64,000 nucleotides of DNA from Deltaproteobacteria bacterium (GCA_016187835.1 JACPIY010000079.1:394-64393), one strand, 5' to 3'; shown: positions 1-8,994, counted from the stretch's first letter. Notes: generated by a model from the sequence alone, not told the origin. Program-made: numbers and translations.

Positions 1-222
1 GTTCTTATTATTGCCATTAGCGGTAATGTGGCAGGCCATCAGACGGCTACTGATTACACTCTGAAGGACTGGCAAGCGAGTGGTTTGCAACGTCCCAGCG
101 TGGTAACCTCGTTCATCACGACGGTTGCACCTTCCGATATACGCCATACTATCGGACGGCTTTCAACCAATGACCTGAGGGAAGTTGATAAAAGACTACG
201 ATTATCATTGGACTTGTCCTAA
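1..222 (+). CDS. PemK/MazF-family toxin, 5'-truncated by the window edge
   Basis: Frame is open from base 1: VLIIAISGN...DYTLKDWQASGLQRPSVV...IGRLS..D...V...L, a typical PemK-like C-terminal half. Confidence 0.75.
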   Translation, partial: VLIIAISGNVAGHQTATDYTLKDWQASGLQRPSVVTSFITTVAPSDIRHTIGRLSTNDLREVDKRLRLSLDLS

Positions 223-250
223 GCATAGCTCAGGCCGAGCTGGGGGAGAT

Positions 251-504
251 ATGAAAATAAGTAAGGGTTCTATATCGAAGGCACGCTCTTATAAAGAAGT
301 TGGTGAGTTTTGGGGTTCAACGACCTCTCCGAATATTGGCACCAGACTCGACCCATTAAATTTGAAGTGTCTATTCAATCCGAGATAGCCTAATATCCAC
401 TGGCAAGTTCCTTATCAGAAAAGATTCGCTCCATAGCCAAGCAAAGAGGTATATCGCCGGAGACTCTTTTAAATCTATGGGTGCAGGAGAAGGTACAGAA
501 ATAG
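251..504 (+). pseudogene. CopG-like antitoxin pseudogene (one frameshift and one internal TAA)
   Basis: MKISKGSISKARSYKEVGEFW, then after a frameshift near 318 DLSEYWHQTRPIKFEVSIQSEIA*YPLASSLSEKIRSIAKQRGISPETLLNLWVQEKVQK*; SD-like GGGGAG upstream. Confidence 0.7.
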
Positions 505-540
505 AAAAATTAATTGGCTTAGGGCACAGATTAGAGAGTT

Positions 541-699
541 ATGAAAATTAGTTACACAGGTTCAGCTAAGGGTTGTATAAAGAGAATAGAGGAATATATA
601 GAGGCAGGGGTGAATCATTTCCTGATCCACAACTTCAGCGCTGACAGGGAATGGAGCTATAAGGTTTTGACTGAGGAAGTGATTCCGTATTTTAGGTGA
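541..699 (+). pseudogene. Orphan 3' fragment of an LLM-class flavin-dependent oxidoreductase
   Basis: Translates ...GSAKGCIKRIEEYIEAGVNHFLIHNFSADREWSYKVLTEEVIPYFR*, which aligns to the C-terminus of ORF 18495..19550 (GSKGDVIKRIEEYIEAGVNQFIFRDFSPDRKKSFRILSKEILPHFR). Confidence 0.75.
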
Positions 700-969
700 G
701 TTGGGTTTAATTAGGAAAGAAGTCCTTGTTGAAATTGTTGAGATGTTACTTATATTGTCTGCTCACAAAAGATTCTTGTGATACTAATAAGCAACAGTAT
801 TTAGATACCAAAGGCGCTTAGAATTAAAGTTTGGATAAACGAAGTAGTTCGGATTATTTTCTACTTAGCAGAGATAAGCAAACTAATATTCGGTTACTGC
901 ATTTTAGGCAGAAAATTAGTAACGACTTATTTACAAAATATAAGATTCTAAAGCAGAGAGGAGACTTCT

Positions 970-1464
970 ATGTTTACACGAGATATAGGTCAAAATTTTT
1001 CTAGGAAGTTAGTCAATCAAATTAGAGCAGAAGGGGTTGAAGTAGAAGTAATGGAACAGCGTTTATCGAGACCTATCCGTATTAAAATTGCAGATGTTTT
1101 GTTGTATGTAAAATATGCTAATCTAAACAAGGCTGGCAATTGGTATTTTGGTTTCTATCCAAAGGACTTAGCTGACGATACCTTCTGTCATTACGCTATT
1201 TTGCTTTGCGGTGAAAATGATGTTGTTAGAACTTATCTTATACCTTTTAAAGAGTTTTCAAGTTTTGTTCGTACCGGGACTCTTGTTGAAAGTAGCAAAC
1301 GGTCAGAACAATATCAATCACACATATTTCCTGATAGAAAATATGTGATGAAGATGATTGGGAATCCTCATTCCGAACTGCCAATGGCAGCTTTTCAATT
1401 ACATCACGGAAGTATAGATTCACATTTTGTAGAGGTATTACTCAACAAGGTCATTAGCCGCTAG
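970..1464 (+). CDS. Hypothetical protein, possibly a nuclease-like fold
   Basis: 164 aa ORF with GAGGAG SD; LYVKY..WYFG pattern; no confident family. Confidence 0.6.
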   Translation: MFTRDIGQNFSRKLVNQIRAEGVEVEVMEQRLSRPIRIKIADVLLYVKYANLNKAGNWYFGFYPKDLADDTFCHYAILLCGENDVVRTYLIPFKEFSSFVRTGTLVESSKRSEQYQSHIFPDRKYVMKMIGNPHSELPMAAFQLHHGSIDSHFVEVLLNKVISR

Positions 1465-1512
1465 CTTCGCACAACATGTGATAAGGGTACGAAGTCGAGC
1501 AGTCTATTACTT

Positions 1513-1540
1513 AAGCTGCTGGCAAGCGGCTTTTGTTTTT
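1513..1540 (+). terminator. Intrinsic terminator
   Basis: AAGCTGCT-GGCA-AGCGGCTT hairpin followed by TTGTTTTT, downstream of ORF 970..1464. Confidence 0.7.
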
Positions 1541-1598
1541 ATTCTCAGATTTGATTGACTTTAAACTTTTACTAAACTTCGGTAGATTTTAGATTCAG

Positions 1599-1916
1599 AT
1601 GAAAAAAAAGAAAGATTTATTAAAAAGTTTCATCGTGGGTGTTAATTATCCCAATGTAAGCGGTTTTGAGGTGTTGGAGCTACTTGATGCCAGAAGCACC
1701 ATCGCTGAGTTTGAGAGTAAACTGACCGAGGAGGAAAAGGCGGAGCTCGAGAAGGCCGATAGTTTATTCCTGTCTAACTTGGATAAGTTTTATAAAAGTG
1801 TTGCCCAGGTAGCCGACCTTCATGAGATGCGCAAACGTGTCGGAATCCCTCCCTCTCATTGGTGGTGGTATATTGAGAAACTTGTAAAAGCAAAAAAGGC
1901 AACTGTCGGTAAATAG
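1599..1916 (+). CDS. Hypothetical protein
   Basis: 105 aa helical ORF ending in PPSHWWWY. Confidence 0.6.
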   Translation: MKKKKDLLKSFIVGVNYPNVSGFEVLELLDARSTIAEFESKLTEEEKAELEKADSLFLSNLDKFYKSVAQVADLHEMRKRVGIPPSHWWWYIEKLVKAKKATVGK

Positions 1917-1985
1917 GGTGAGATTACGCCTCATCCACCTTTTATATTGCTCCGTGTCTAGTTGATTGTTCTAAGAAGGAGTGGC

Positions 1986-4028
1986 CTACTTACTCCTCAA
2001 CTCAAACACCCCTTCCCAATCTTCGGGAGGAGGGGAATCTTGATACTCCTCACAACGCCTGATATATTCCTGAGAGGGTCTGTCTTTAGGGTTTAACTCC
2101 AGCGTTTTCTCAAAACACTCTCTGGCTTCATTCCACTTGCGTTTTCTGTAGAGATCAATTCCCAGCTGGAATTTCTCAAGAACCGTTTTCCTCTTATCAT
2201 CTAACTCATCTTTTTGTGTGATGAGTTCATAAACCCTTACGGGCTGATTCTTACCCACAACACGAATAATGTCTAATTCCCTCCCAACTATTTCTTCTTT
2301 TGCAAGCTCGTAAGTGTTCTCGGAAATAAGTATTTGTGTACCATAAATCTTATTTGCACCTTCGAGCCTGCTCGCAAGGTTTACCTCATCCCCAATTACC
2401 GTGTATTCAAAACGGGAAGATGAACCTATATTCCCAACCACCATCTCACCTGTGTTAATACCAAAGCGAAAACTTCTTGCAGGTATTCCTTGTGCTATCC
2501 ATCTTTCTTGTAAACTCTTTAAAAAATCCCGACATTTGAGCGCCGCAAAGCATGCAAGCACCGCGTGGTTTTCCTGCGGAACGGGTGCTCCCCAGAAAGC
2601 AACAATTGCGTCTCCCTGAAACTGATTGATCGTTCCGTTGAACTCTAGGATTGCTGAACTCATGCCTTCGAAATACTCGTTCAGATGTTTTACGATTTCT
2701 TCCGGCGGTAGGGTTTCAGACAAGCTGGTAAATCCACCGATATCAGAGAACATTACCGTAAGCTCTTTCTTTAATCCTCCCAGTCGCACCATATCAGGGT
2801 TTTTAATGATTTCTGAAGCTACCGCCTTTGAAACATAACGCTCAAAAGTACTTTTGATAAACTCCCTTTCTTTCAGACCCTCGGCCATCTCATTGAAGGC
2901 ACCGCCAAGCTGTTCGAGTTCATCACCAGTTCGAATGTCAACCTTTGTATCAAGCTCACCTTCTCCGATTTTTCTCGCGGCCGAGGCAAGAGCCCGGACT
3001 GGCTTTGTGACTCCACCTGCTAAAAGGAAGCTGAGCGCTATAGCTATAAGCAGAATGAGTCCACCTATCAAAAGCAGCGTGATTCGTAATTTCCTCAAGA
3101 AGCTAAGCTCCTCGGTTAGGGATTTTAAAACTATAAATCCACTTTCTTCTATCGGCTCACCGGGAAGAATCGAAGACCTCATAGCCATAAACCTCTCTCC
3201 GCCAATTGATACTTGACTAACAGAATCCTCGCTTTCCTTTTCTATTACGTTTGAACTAATGAGCTTTGATATTTCGTCCTCTTTTTCGGGTGGCAGAGTA
3301 GAAGCATTAATAATTTCTTTTGAATATAGAACTATATCCACGGACGAAATCTCTTTTATGCTCTCAAGGGTTTTTCTATCAATACGGCGACCCCATAGAA
3401 CTACACCGTGAATCTCCTCTCCAAACACAACCGGTTTTCCCACTATCTGGTATATTGCACCACGGTCTTCTGGAGGAAAAATCTTTATACCTATTTGGCT
3501 GCCAAGGCGGGAGTTCAATATGCCTACGGCTTCACCTTCTTCGAAAACTCTTCCGAAAATTGGAAGGTTGCTCAAGCTCTTGCCGAATTCCTCCGGGTCC
3601 GCCTTTGTAAAGAGAAGTTCTCCCTCGGCGTTTGTCACAAGAAAGACATCGCTCCTCTGGTAGATAGAGATAAATGGAAGAAGGGAGTTGAGCCTGAGGT
3701 TGGCGTCCTTTAAAATTTCGTTTTGATCTGTAGGCAAGCCAAACCCGAAGTCCTCGGTTCCGACAGATGCCGTCGAGAGTATCGTGCGAAATTGAGGATT
3801 GCTCATTGTAAGTGAGCTAATCTCATCCAATGCAAACTGAGTTCTAAGTTCCTGAAGCTGTCTGAAAGCATAGATAGCGCTTTCAAACCTTGTTTTTATA
3901 TTTTGCTTTATCGGATTTTTAGTCGCTTCCTGAAAGACAAGCAGAACTGTTGCGATTGAAAGGAAAACAACCACTCCAAGAACGATAAATATTTTACTTC
4001 GGAAGCTAAGGGGTATTTTGGAAAACAT
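1986..4028 (-). CDS. Membrane class III adenylate/guanylate cyclase (TM, periplasmic sensor, TM, HAMP, cyclase, TPR-like tail)
   Basis: FSDIGGFT, QFQGDAI, GINTG, YTVIGDEVNLASRLE, HAMP segment (KPVRAL...DELEQLGGAFNEMAEGL), C-terminal PPEDWEGV. Confidence 0.92.
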   Translation of the reverse strand: MFSKIPLSFRSKIFIVLGVVVFLSIATVLLVFQEATKNPIKQNIKTRFESAIYAFRQLQELRTQFALDEISSLTMSNPQFRTILSTASVGTEDFGFGLPTDQNEILKDANLRLNSLLPFISIYQRSDVFLVTNAEGELLFTKADPEEFGKSLSNLPIFGRVFEEGEAVGILNSRLGSQIGIKIFPPEDRGAIYQIVGKPVVFGEEIHGVVLWGRRIDRKTLESIKEISSVDIVLYSKEIINASTLPPEKEDEISKLISSNVIEKESEDSVSQVSIGGERFMAMRSSILPGEPIEESGFIVLKSLTEELSFLRKLRITLLLIGGLILLIAIALSFLLAGGVTKPVRALASAARKIGEGELDTKVDIRTGDELEQLGGAFNEMAEGLKEREFIKSTFERYVSKAVASEIIKNPDMVRLGGLKKELTVMFSDIGGFTSLSETLPPEEIVKHLNEYFEGMSSAILEFNGTINQFQGDAIVAFWGAPVPQENHAVLACFAALKCRDFLKSLQERWIAQGIPARSFRFGINTGEMVVGNIGSSSRFEYTVIGDEVNLASRLEGANKIYGTQILISENTYELAKEEIVGRELDIIRVVGKNQPVRVYELITQKDELDDKRKTVLEKFQLGIDLYRKRKWNEARECFEKTLELNPKDRPSQEYIRRCEEYQDSPPPEDWEGVFELRSK

Positions 4029-4036
4029 ATTAATAT

Positions 4037-4180
4037 TTAGCCACAGATTAACACGAATTTACACCGATAAATGATGCATGATGCACGATTCACGATACAT
4101 GATGGATCTTTTATCCTGCATCTTGTATCTTGCATCCTATTTATTTCCATTCGTGCTTATCTGTGTCAATTTGTGGCTAA
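4037..4180. repeat. Heptamer-armed palindromic intergenic element (copy A)
   Basis: Terminal inverted repeat TTAGCCACAGATTAACAC / GTGTCAATTTGTGGCTAA (16/18) enclosing GATGCAT-GATGCAC-GATTCAC-GATACAT and ATCCTGC-ATCTTGT-ATCTTGC arms. Confidence 0.85.
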
Positions 4181-4193
4181 TTCTTCAAAATAT

Positions 4194-4889
4194 TTAAGAT
4201 TCCCAGTCGTCCCCTCCCGGATAGTCGGAGCCGTCTTTTCGCTTGTGAGGTGGTATCTTTTCTATTTCTTTGAGTTCAAAGTTTGCTACTGTTTCCTGCC
4301 CTGGAAGAACTTCAATTTCAGAGTTAACCCTCTGAGTTTTGGGTTTCCAAGCGTTTATAGTATATCTTCCAGGAGGAACATCGGTTATAACAAACTTCCC
4401 ATCTTTTCCCACCTCCGCAAAGGCTTTATTCTCTAGGATAAGAACGAAAGAAATCATCTGCGGGTGAATATTACAGAAAACCGGCACAAGACCCGGCTTA
4501 TCGAACGTAACGTCCTTTGGCGGGTCGGTGGACTTGTATTGACCGAGGTCAAAGGACTTAATAGGTGAAACGGAAAAGACATTGTGATATATATTGTCAT
4601 AGTTCGGGAAGCTGACAGTTTGCCCGGCGACTACTGGAAGGAGCATAGGATGAAAGGTTTTATCTTCTTGAATTAGATTGGGAATCTCCTTCGGAGGCTC
4701 CGTTACAAGTCCCGTAAGATAAACAAGTACGCCACTCGTGTCATCTTTCTCTTTAAGTCCTCCCATAAGCTTCTTTTCAAGAACTTTTACCGTTCCGGTG
4801 ATACTGCCTTTGGTAGACTGGGAATATCCAACTGTAGAGAAAACAAAAGCCAAAATAAAGAAGACTAAAATATGAATCCCTGTCTTCAT
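4194..4889 (-). CDS. Exported cupredoxin-like ('methylamine utilization protein'-type) protein with a carboxypeptidase-regulatory-like domain
   Basis: Start re-assigned to ATG 4889 (GGAGGAGG SD, signal peptide MKTGIHILVFFILAF); FPNYD..HNVFS and CNIHPQM give the type-1 Cu ligands H/C/H/M. Confidence 0.85.
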   Translation of the reverse strand: MKTGIHILVFFILAFVFSTVGYSQSTKGSITGTVKVLEKKLMGGLKEKDDTSGVLVYLTGLVTEPPKEIPNLIQEDKTFHPMLLPVVAGQTVSFPNYDNIYHNVFSVSPIKSFDLGQYKSTDPPKDVTFDKPGLVPVFCNIHPQMISFVLILENKAFAEVGKDGKFVITDVPPGRYTINAWKPKTQRVNSEIEVLPGQETVANFELKEIEKIPPHKRKDGSDYPGGDDWES

Positions 4890-4921
4890 AAAGAACCTCC
4901 TCCTAAGTAACGAACTCATCG

Positions 4922-4953
4922 CTGTAGAGACGCATTGCAATGCGTCTCTACAG
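4922..4953. repeat. GTAG-type REP, perfect 32-bp palindrome
   Basis: CTGTAGAGACGCATTGCAATGCGTCTCTACAG is its own reverse complement. Confidence 0.85.
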
Positions 4954-4978
4954 TAGTGGCAATCTCCAATAGTCACTC

Positions 4979-5005
4979 AGGGCAGACACGGGGGTCTGCC
5001 CCTAC
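4979..5005 (-). repeat. GTAG-type REP
   Basis: Minus strand GTAGGGGCAGACCCCCGTGTCTGCCCT. Confidence 0.8.
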
Positions 5006-5054
5006 AATTGTAATACAATGATACAATCTTGTTTGTATAAAATACCCTTTCACT

Positions 5055-6422
5055 CTAAAAACTCACCGTAAATTGCGTCCTGAACCTGTTGGTATCAATA
5101 TCAATAAGCTCATTCCTAATAAAAGAGTAATCAAACTGAAGCTTCATGTTATGATTTTTCGTGAAATAAAAACTCAGCCCAGGCGTAACCTCCCAGATTT
5201 TGTCATCACCTGAGTCGTTATCCAGGCCTATAAGAACAAATCTTCCCGCAACCTCGACAAACTTGGGAATGAGAAACACGCCGGACTGAACCCTTATTCC
5301 CTGAGCGAGAACACTATCTATCCCAGTTTCCTCTGGATTTATGTTTCTGAGGTCATACTCCGCCTCAAATGAAAAGATCAGGTATTTAATCGTAAGGTCG
5401 GCAGAGAACTGAAAAATATCGCTTTCGGCTGAACCTAAAGCAGTAACCCTGTCGTTAATGAAAGCATTGTCGGGGCTTTTTTCAGCAGGCTTAAACCCTG
5501 GAAGATATGCCATAGCGGCGCTAAGAGCTATAAGCGGAATTTGAGGATTTCCGAATGTCCCCTGAGAATAGGTATAATCGCCAGAAACAGGGAAAGGATT
5601 AATTGAAGAATACCTAGGCTCCCCGGTCGGTGTGAACATAACTCTTCCTACGTATAGCAGATTTGAGTTTTCACTAAGGGAATCCCTTCCATTGCCGTTA
5701 AATACACCCAAGCTGTATGTGAAGAATCTACTTAAGACACCTCCAATAGAAGCGCCTACATCGCGACCTAATCTAAATTCTTGGTTCAGGATAGAGGTAT
5801 CCACAAATTGGAGGTTAAAGGGATCGGTTAGTTCCTCTCTGTTGAAGGGAACCCTGTACTGACCGAATCTAGGAACTGCCTGAATGAATCTTGCCAGGTC
5901 AATAGAATAGTCTAAAAGCTCCACATCACCGCTCGCTTCAAGTATGAGCAAATACTTAAGCCAGGGACGGAAAGCATTTCCCCTAAAGGTTATCCATAGC
6001 CTCGGTATGTCAAAACCGGTATCGGTATCACCTTCTCGGTCATCCACAGAGAATCGGAATTGGGAACGGAAGTCGGTTTTAAGTGAAAATAATCCGTCTT
6101 GCGTACTAAAGAAAAACCCATTACTGTAGCCGACTTCAATATTTCTCCACCACTCGGTAACGAAAGTTGTGGCCGAAGACTCTTCCTCTTTCTCCGGCAG
6201 TTTACTTGGTTCCTCGTATTCCTTCAGACCTTTATTCTTAGCTTCAAGGTCTTCAATACGTTTTTTTAACTCCTGAATCTGCTTTTCATTCTCTTCTTGA
6301 ATTCGCTGTATCTCGGATTTAAGCCTTCCAATTTCTGCGCTCGTTTCATCCTCGGTCGGCGTTTGTCCATAGGTTTCTGCAGGAATGGAAACAAATAAAG
6401 AAAAGAATAAAATCCAGATCAA
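5055..6422 (-). CDS. Outer-membrane porin, OprO/OprP-like, with N-terminal coiled coil; start uncertain
   Basis: Hydrophobic signal LIWILFFSLFVSIPA, coiled coil, then beta-strand pattern (RFGQYRVPF.RE, GRDVG, YSLGVFNGNG) and terminal aromatic F; the frame stays open to 6761. Confidence 0.8.
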   Translation of the reverse strand: MIWILFFSLFVSIPAETYGQTPTEDETSAEIGRLKSEIQRIQEENEKQIQELKKRIEDLEAKNKGLKEYEEPSKLPEKEEESSATTFVTEWWRNIEVGYSNGFFFSTQDGLFSLKTDFRSQFRFSVDDREGDTDTGFDIPRLWITFRGNAFRPWLKYLLILEASGDVELLDYSIDLARFIQAVPRFGQYRVPFNREELTDPFNLQFVDTSILNQEFRLGRDVGASIGGVLSRFFTYSLGVFNGNGRDSLSENSNLLYVGRVMFTPTGEPRYSSINPFPVSGDYTYSQGTFGNPQIPLIALSAAMAYLPGFKPAEKSPDNAFINDRVTALGSAESDIFQFSADLTIKYLIFSFEAEYDLRNINPEETGIDSVLAQGIRVQSGVFLIPKFVEVAGRFVLIGLDNDSGDDKIWEVTPGLSFYFTKNHNMKLQFDYSFIRNELIDIDTNRFRTQFTVSF

Positions 6423-6427
6423 TATTT

Positions 6428-6453
6428 GTAGGGGCGAACCTTGTATTCGCCCT
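6428..6453 (+). repeat. GTAG-type REP
   Basis: GTAGGGGCGAACCTTGTATTCGCCCT, with a partial partner GGGTTCGCCC near 6479-6488. Confidence 0.75.
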
Positions 6454-6772
6454 GTGAGATAGCTTCCGACATCTAACAGGGTTCGCCCAGTATTTTGGCA
6501 ATCATGTAGTGTAAGGTGCTGTATTACCCGAACCTGCCTTATCTGGTGCGCAGTTTGCCCCAGATGGCAATAAAGAGCTTGGTTCGGGAGGTAATAAACA
6601 GTACGCACCAGATGGAAATAAAAAGACTTGTTCCCACAAGAGGAATTGGAAAATTTTAGCATTGGTGGCGACTTGATGTTTAACAATAAAACCTCATGAC
6701 TAAATCCCGGAGATAGATGAAAAGAATTGTAATACCATTTTAACAAACTATTAAGTTTCAATCACAAATCTT

Positions 6773-6784
6773 ATTGTATACAAT
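6773..6784. promoter_or_regulatory. Candidate operator, 12-bp palindrome ATTGTATACAAT
   Basis: Perfect palindrome in the divergent intergenic region; related ATTGTAATACAAT at 5007-5019 and ATTGTAATACCA at 6726-6737. Confidence 0.45.
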
Positions 6785-6900
6785 CTTATACAGCAAAGTA
6801 AATGGTATTATTTGATTCCATATTATTCGGTGCGCAGCATGCACCGAAGGTTAATAATATGAATCATATGGAAATAGATGGTATTTAAAGGAGAAAAATC

Positions 6901-8205
6901 ATGAACGTTCCAGAGGGTCTTAGCCTTGCACTAAACTTCGGGCTTCTAGATGCAATATTTACGAGACGATCAAGAAGGTTTGGTTTGGGAATGGAGATGA
7001 AAGAAGGGACATTAAAACACAAGTCCAGGTTTGAACCAATACCACTTACGGAGCTGGAAGAGGCTTTTCTAATCTGGGCAGGAACAGGAATGACTGGACT
7101 TTCGCTCGGCGACCTTCCCAGAACTGGAATCTCCTGGCTTTTTCAGTGGACTGGGCGCTCCTGGCCCTGTTCATGCAACTCACATTCAACTGAACTCTTC
7201 TACACAAATGACAATGGCGTGTATATGGTAAAGCTTTTTAACCTCATGCCGGAGCAAGGGGAGACATCAATTTTCCCCGGTAAAACGGAAGAGGAAAAAT
7301 TGGATAAGGTTTTACAGCTTTTTAGAAAGAGCTTAATAAAGCTTCAAGATGGAAGGGCAGATTTGCCAAAAGGCGAGCCGGGGCTTTTTGATTTTAATGC
7401 CTGGAATGCGAATAAGCCGGGAACAACGTTTTTCATTCCTGTAACTAACACGACGGTTGAATACATGGTCCTTCTTTTTATCTACTTTGGCTCAAGATAC
7501 GGATTCAACATAATTGACGAGCTAAACGGCGGAAGGTCATGCGGCCTGGATAAATGGATCAAGAAAGGTTATATAAAAAATGATGTCAGAATGTCTCTTT
7601 TTGACCTAGAGCTTCGAGTTCTTACTACACTGAATGTTGAACAGGCTTTTATATGTCAGAATATGAACCTCGCGCTTCAGGCCCTAGGGCTTGGCGGTTG
7701 GGCTTTTACAGGATTTCTCCCCCACTATGCTCTGGGAGTAAACCCATCTTACAAGGGACTCGGATTCAGGTTCATAACGCCTGATAAGAGTTTAAGAAGC
7801 ATGCTGAGTCCGGTTCCCGTGGGACGTGATGGTGCGTTTGAAGCTCTCTGTCCGCCCTACGTCAAGGATATGGGCGAAGCAGTGGATAAGTTCCTAAAAA
7901 TGAGGGGGGATTTCTGGAAAGAGGGAAACCCATATCCCTATCAGAACCCTCAGGGGATACTCGATGATGAATACCACCCGTCGGAAGAGAGAATAGAGAT
8001 TGTAACAGACTTCTGCACCTACGTTTATGAAAACTATGGGAGATTTCCTGCATTTCTCGATCCAATGTTTGTAAGACTCGTCTTTCAGGCTCACCATCTT
8101 GACCTGGAATTTTACGACAAGCACTACACAGAGGGAGCTTACACGGAGGTTCATAAAAATCACTTCAAACTCTGGCATCCAGAGATCGGCAATTCATTTG
8201 ATTAA
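6901..8205 (+). CDS. Uncharacterised nitroreductase-like fold protein
   Basis: N-terminal AIFTRRSRRF and later QNMNLALQALGLGGW are nitroreductase-superfamily signatures; AAGGAG SD. Confidence 0.7.
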   Translation: MNVPEGLSLALNFGLLDAIFTRRSRRFGLGMEMKEGTLKHKSRFEPIPLTELEEAFLIWAGTGMTGLSLGDLPRTGISWLFQWTGRSWPCSCNSHSTELFYTNDNGVYMVKLFNLMPEQGETSIFPGKTEEEKLDKVLQLFRKSLIKLQDGRADLPKGEPGLFDFNAWNANKPGTTFFIPVTNTTVEYMVLLFIYFGSRYGFNIIDELNGGRSCGLDKWIKKGYIKNDVRMSLFDLELRVLTTLNVEQAFICQNMNLALQALGLGGWAFTGFLPHYALGVNPSYKGLGFRFITPDKSLRSMLSPVPVGRDGAFEALCPPYVKDMGEAVDKFLKMRGDFWKEGNPYPYQNPQGILDDEYHPSEERIEIVTDFCTYVYENYGRFPAFLDPMFVRLVFQAHHLDLEFYDKHYTEGAYTEVHKNHFKLWHPEIGNSFD

Positions 8206-8334
8206 ATTCAATTATTTAAGCCAGGATAGTTGGAGCAGCGGGGCGGGCTCTCTAATGTTCAGTTTTATTAAGTATAGAAGCCAATTGAAGACCTGGAAAA
8301 AAGCAAATTATAACAAAAAGTTAATCAAAAGTAG

Positions 8335-8364
8335 TTGACATGATGGCAAGAGGTGTTATAAAAT
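8335..8364 (+). promoter_or_regulatory. Sigma70-type promoter of the globin gene
   Basis: TTGACA at 8335, then TGTTATAAAAT 13 bp later (-10 box at 16-18 bp spacing). Confidence 0.6.
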
Positions 8365-8419
8365 CCAAAATTAGTAATGACAACTAACTAGCAGGAAATA
8401 CCAGTTAGGAGGATATGTT

Positions 8420-8866
8420 ATGAAAAACTACAGAAAGTTTGTTTGGATTATTGCATTAGCACTTGCCTTGTCGGGATTAAATTTAGGCTGTGAACAAGCT
8501 CCCAAAGAGAAATCCCTATACGACCGGCTCGGTGGTAATGAGGCAATTACTGCAGTCGTTGATGACTTTACTTCCCGTGTCGCAGCAGACACACGTATTA
8601 ATGAGTTCTTTGTGAACATGGATATTCCACACTTCAAGCAATGCCTTGTGGATCAAATTTGCGAGGCAAGCGGGGGCCCATGTAAATACACTTGCAGAGA
8701 CATGAAATCCGCTCATGCCGGAATGGGCATCTCAAGCGCCGATTTTAACGCGCTCGTCGAGGACTTGGTTGCAACTTTGGATCAGTTCAAAGTTGGACAA
8801 AAGGAAAAAGACGAGCTTTTAGGTGTGCTCGGTCCGATGCAAAAGGACATAGTTGAAAAACCGTGA
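8420..8866 (+). CDS. Group 1 truncated haemoglobin with signal/lipoprotein-like leader
   Basis: SLYDRLGG..AI.AVVDDF, GGPCKY, MKSAH (proximal His), F.AL.EDL; leader MKNYRKFVWIIALALALSGLNLGC; AGGAGG SD. Confidence 0.93.
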   Translation: MKNYRKFVWIIALALALSGLNLGCEQAPKEKSLYDRLGGNEAITAVVDDFTSRVAADTRINEFFVNMDIPHFKQCLVDQICEASGGPCKYTCRDMKSAHAGMGISSADFNALVEDLVATLDQFKVGQKEKDELLGVLGPMQKDIVEKP

Positions 8867-8994
8867 CCTTGATTGTCCTTCTTGGACGAACTAAGGAGCT
8901 CACGGGATTTTGCATAACATTTCCAACGTCTTAAGCCTGTTTATTTTAACTTCTTTATAAACCGAGGAACGGGTTGTTTTACATCATTTCAGTT

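Noticed and set aside
4071..4436. 121 aa plus-strand ORF (MMHDARFTIHDG...)
   Set aside because: It is a translation of the heptamer repeat plus the antisense of the cupredoxin gene
4890..4976. N-terminal extension of ORF 4194..4976
   Set aside because: It runs through a REP palindrome; the strong SD and signal peptide point to ATG 4889
6423..6761. 113-codon N-terminal extension of the porin
   Set aside because: Not porin-like, contains a REP and precedes the signal peptide; probably untranslated, though the true start is unresolved
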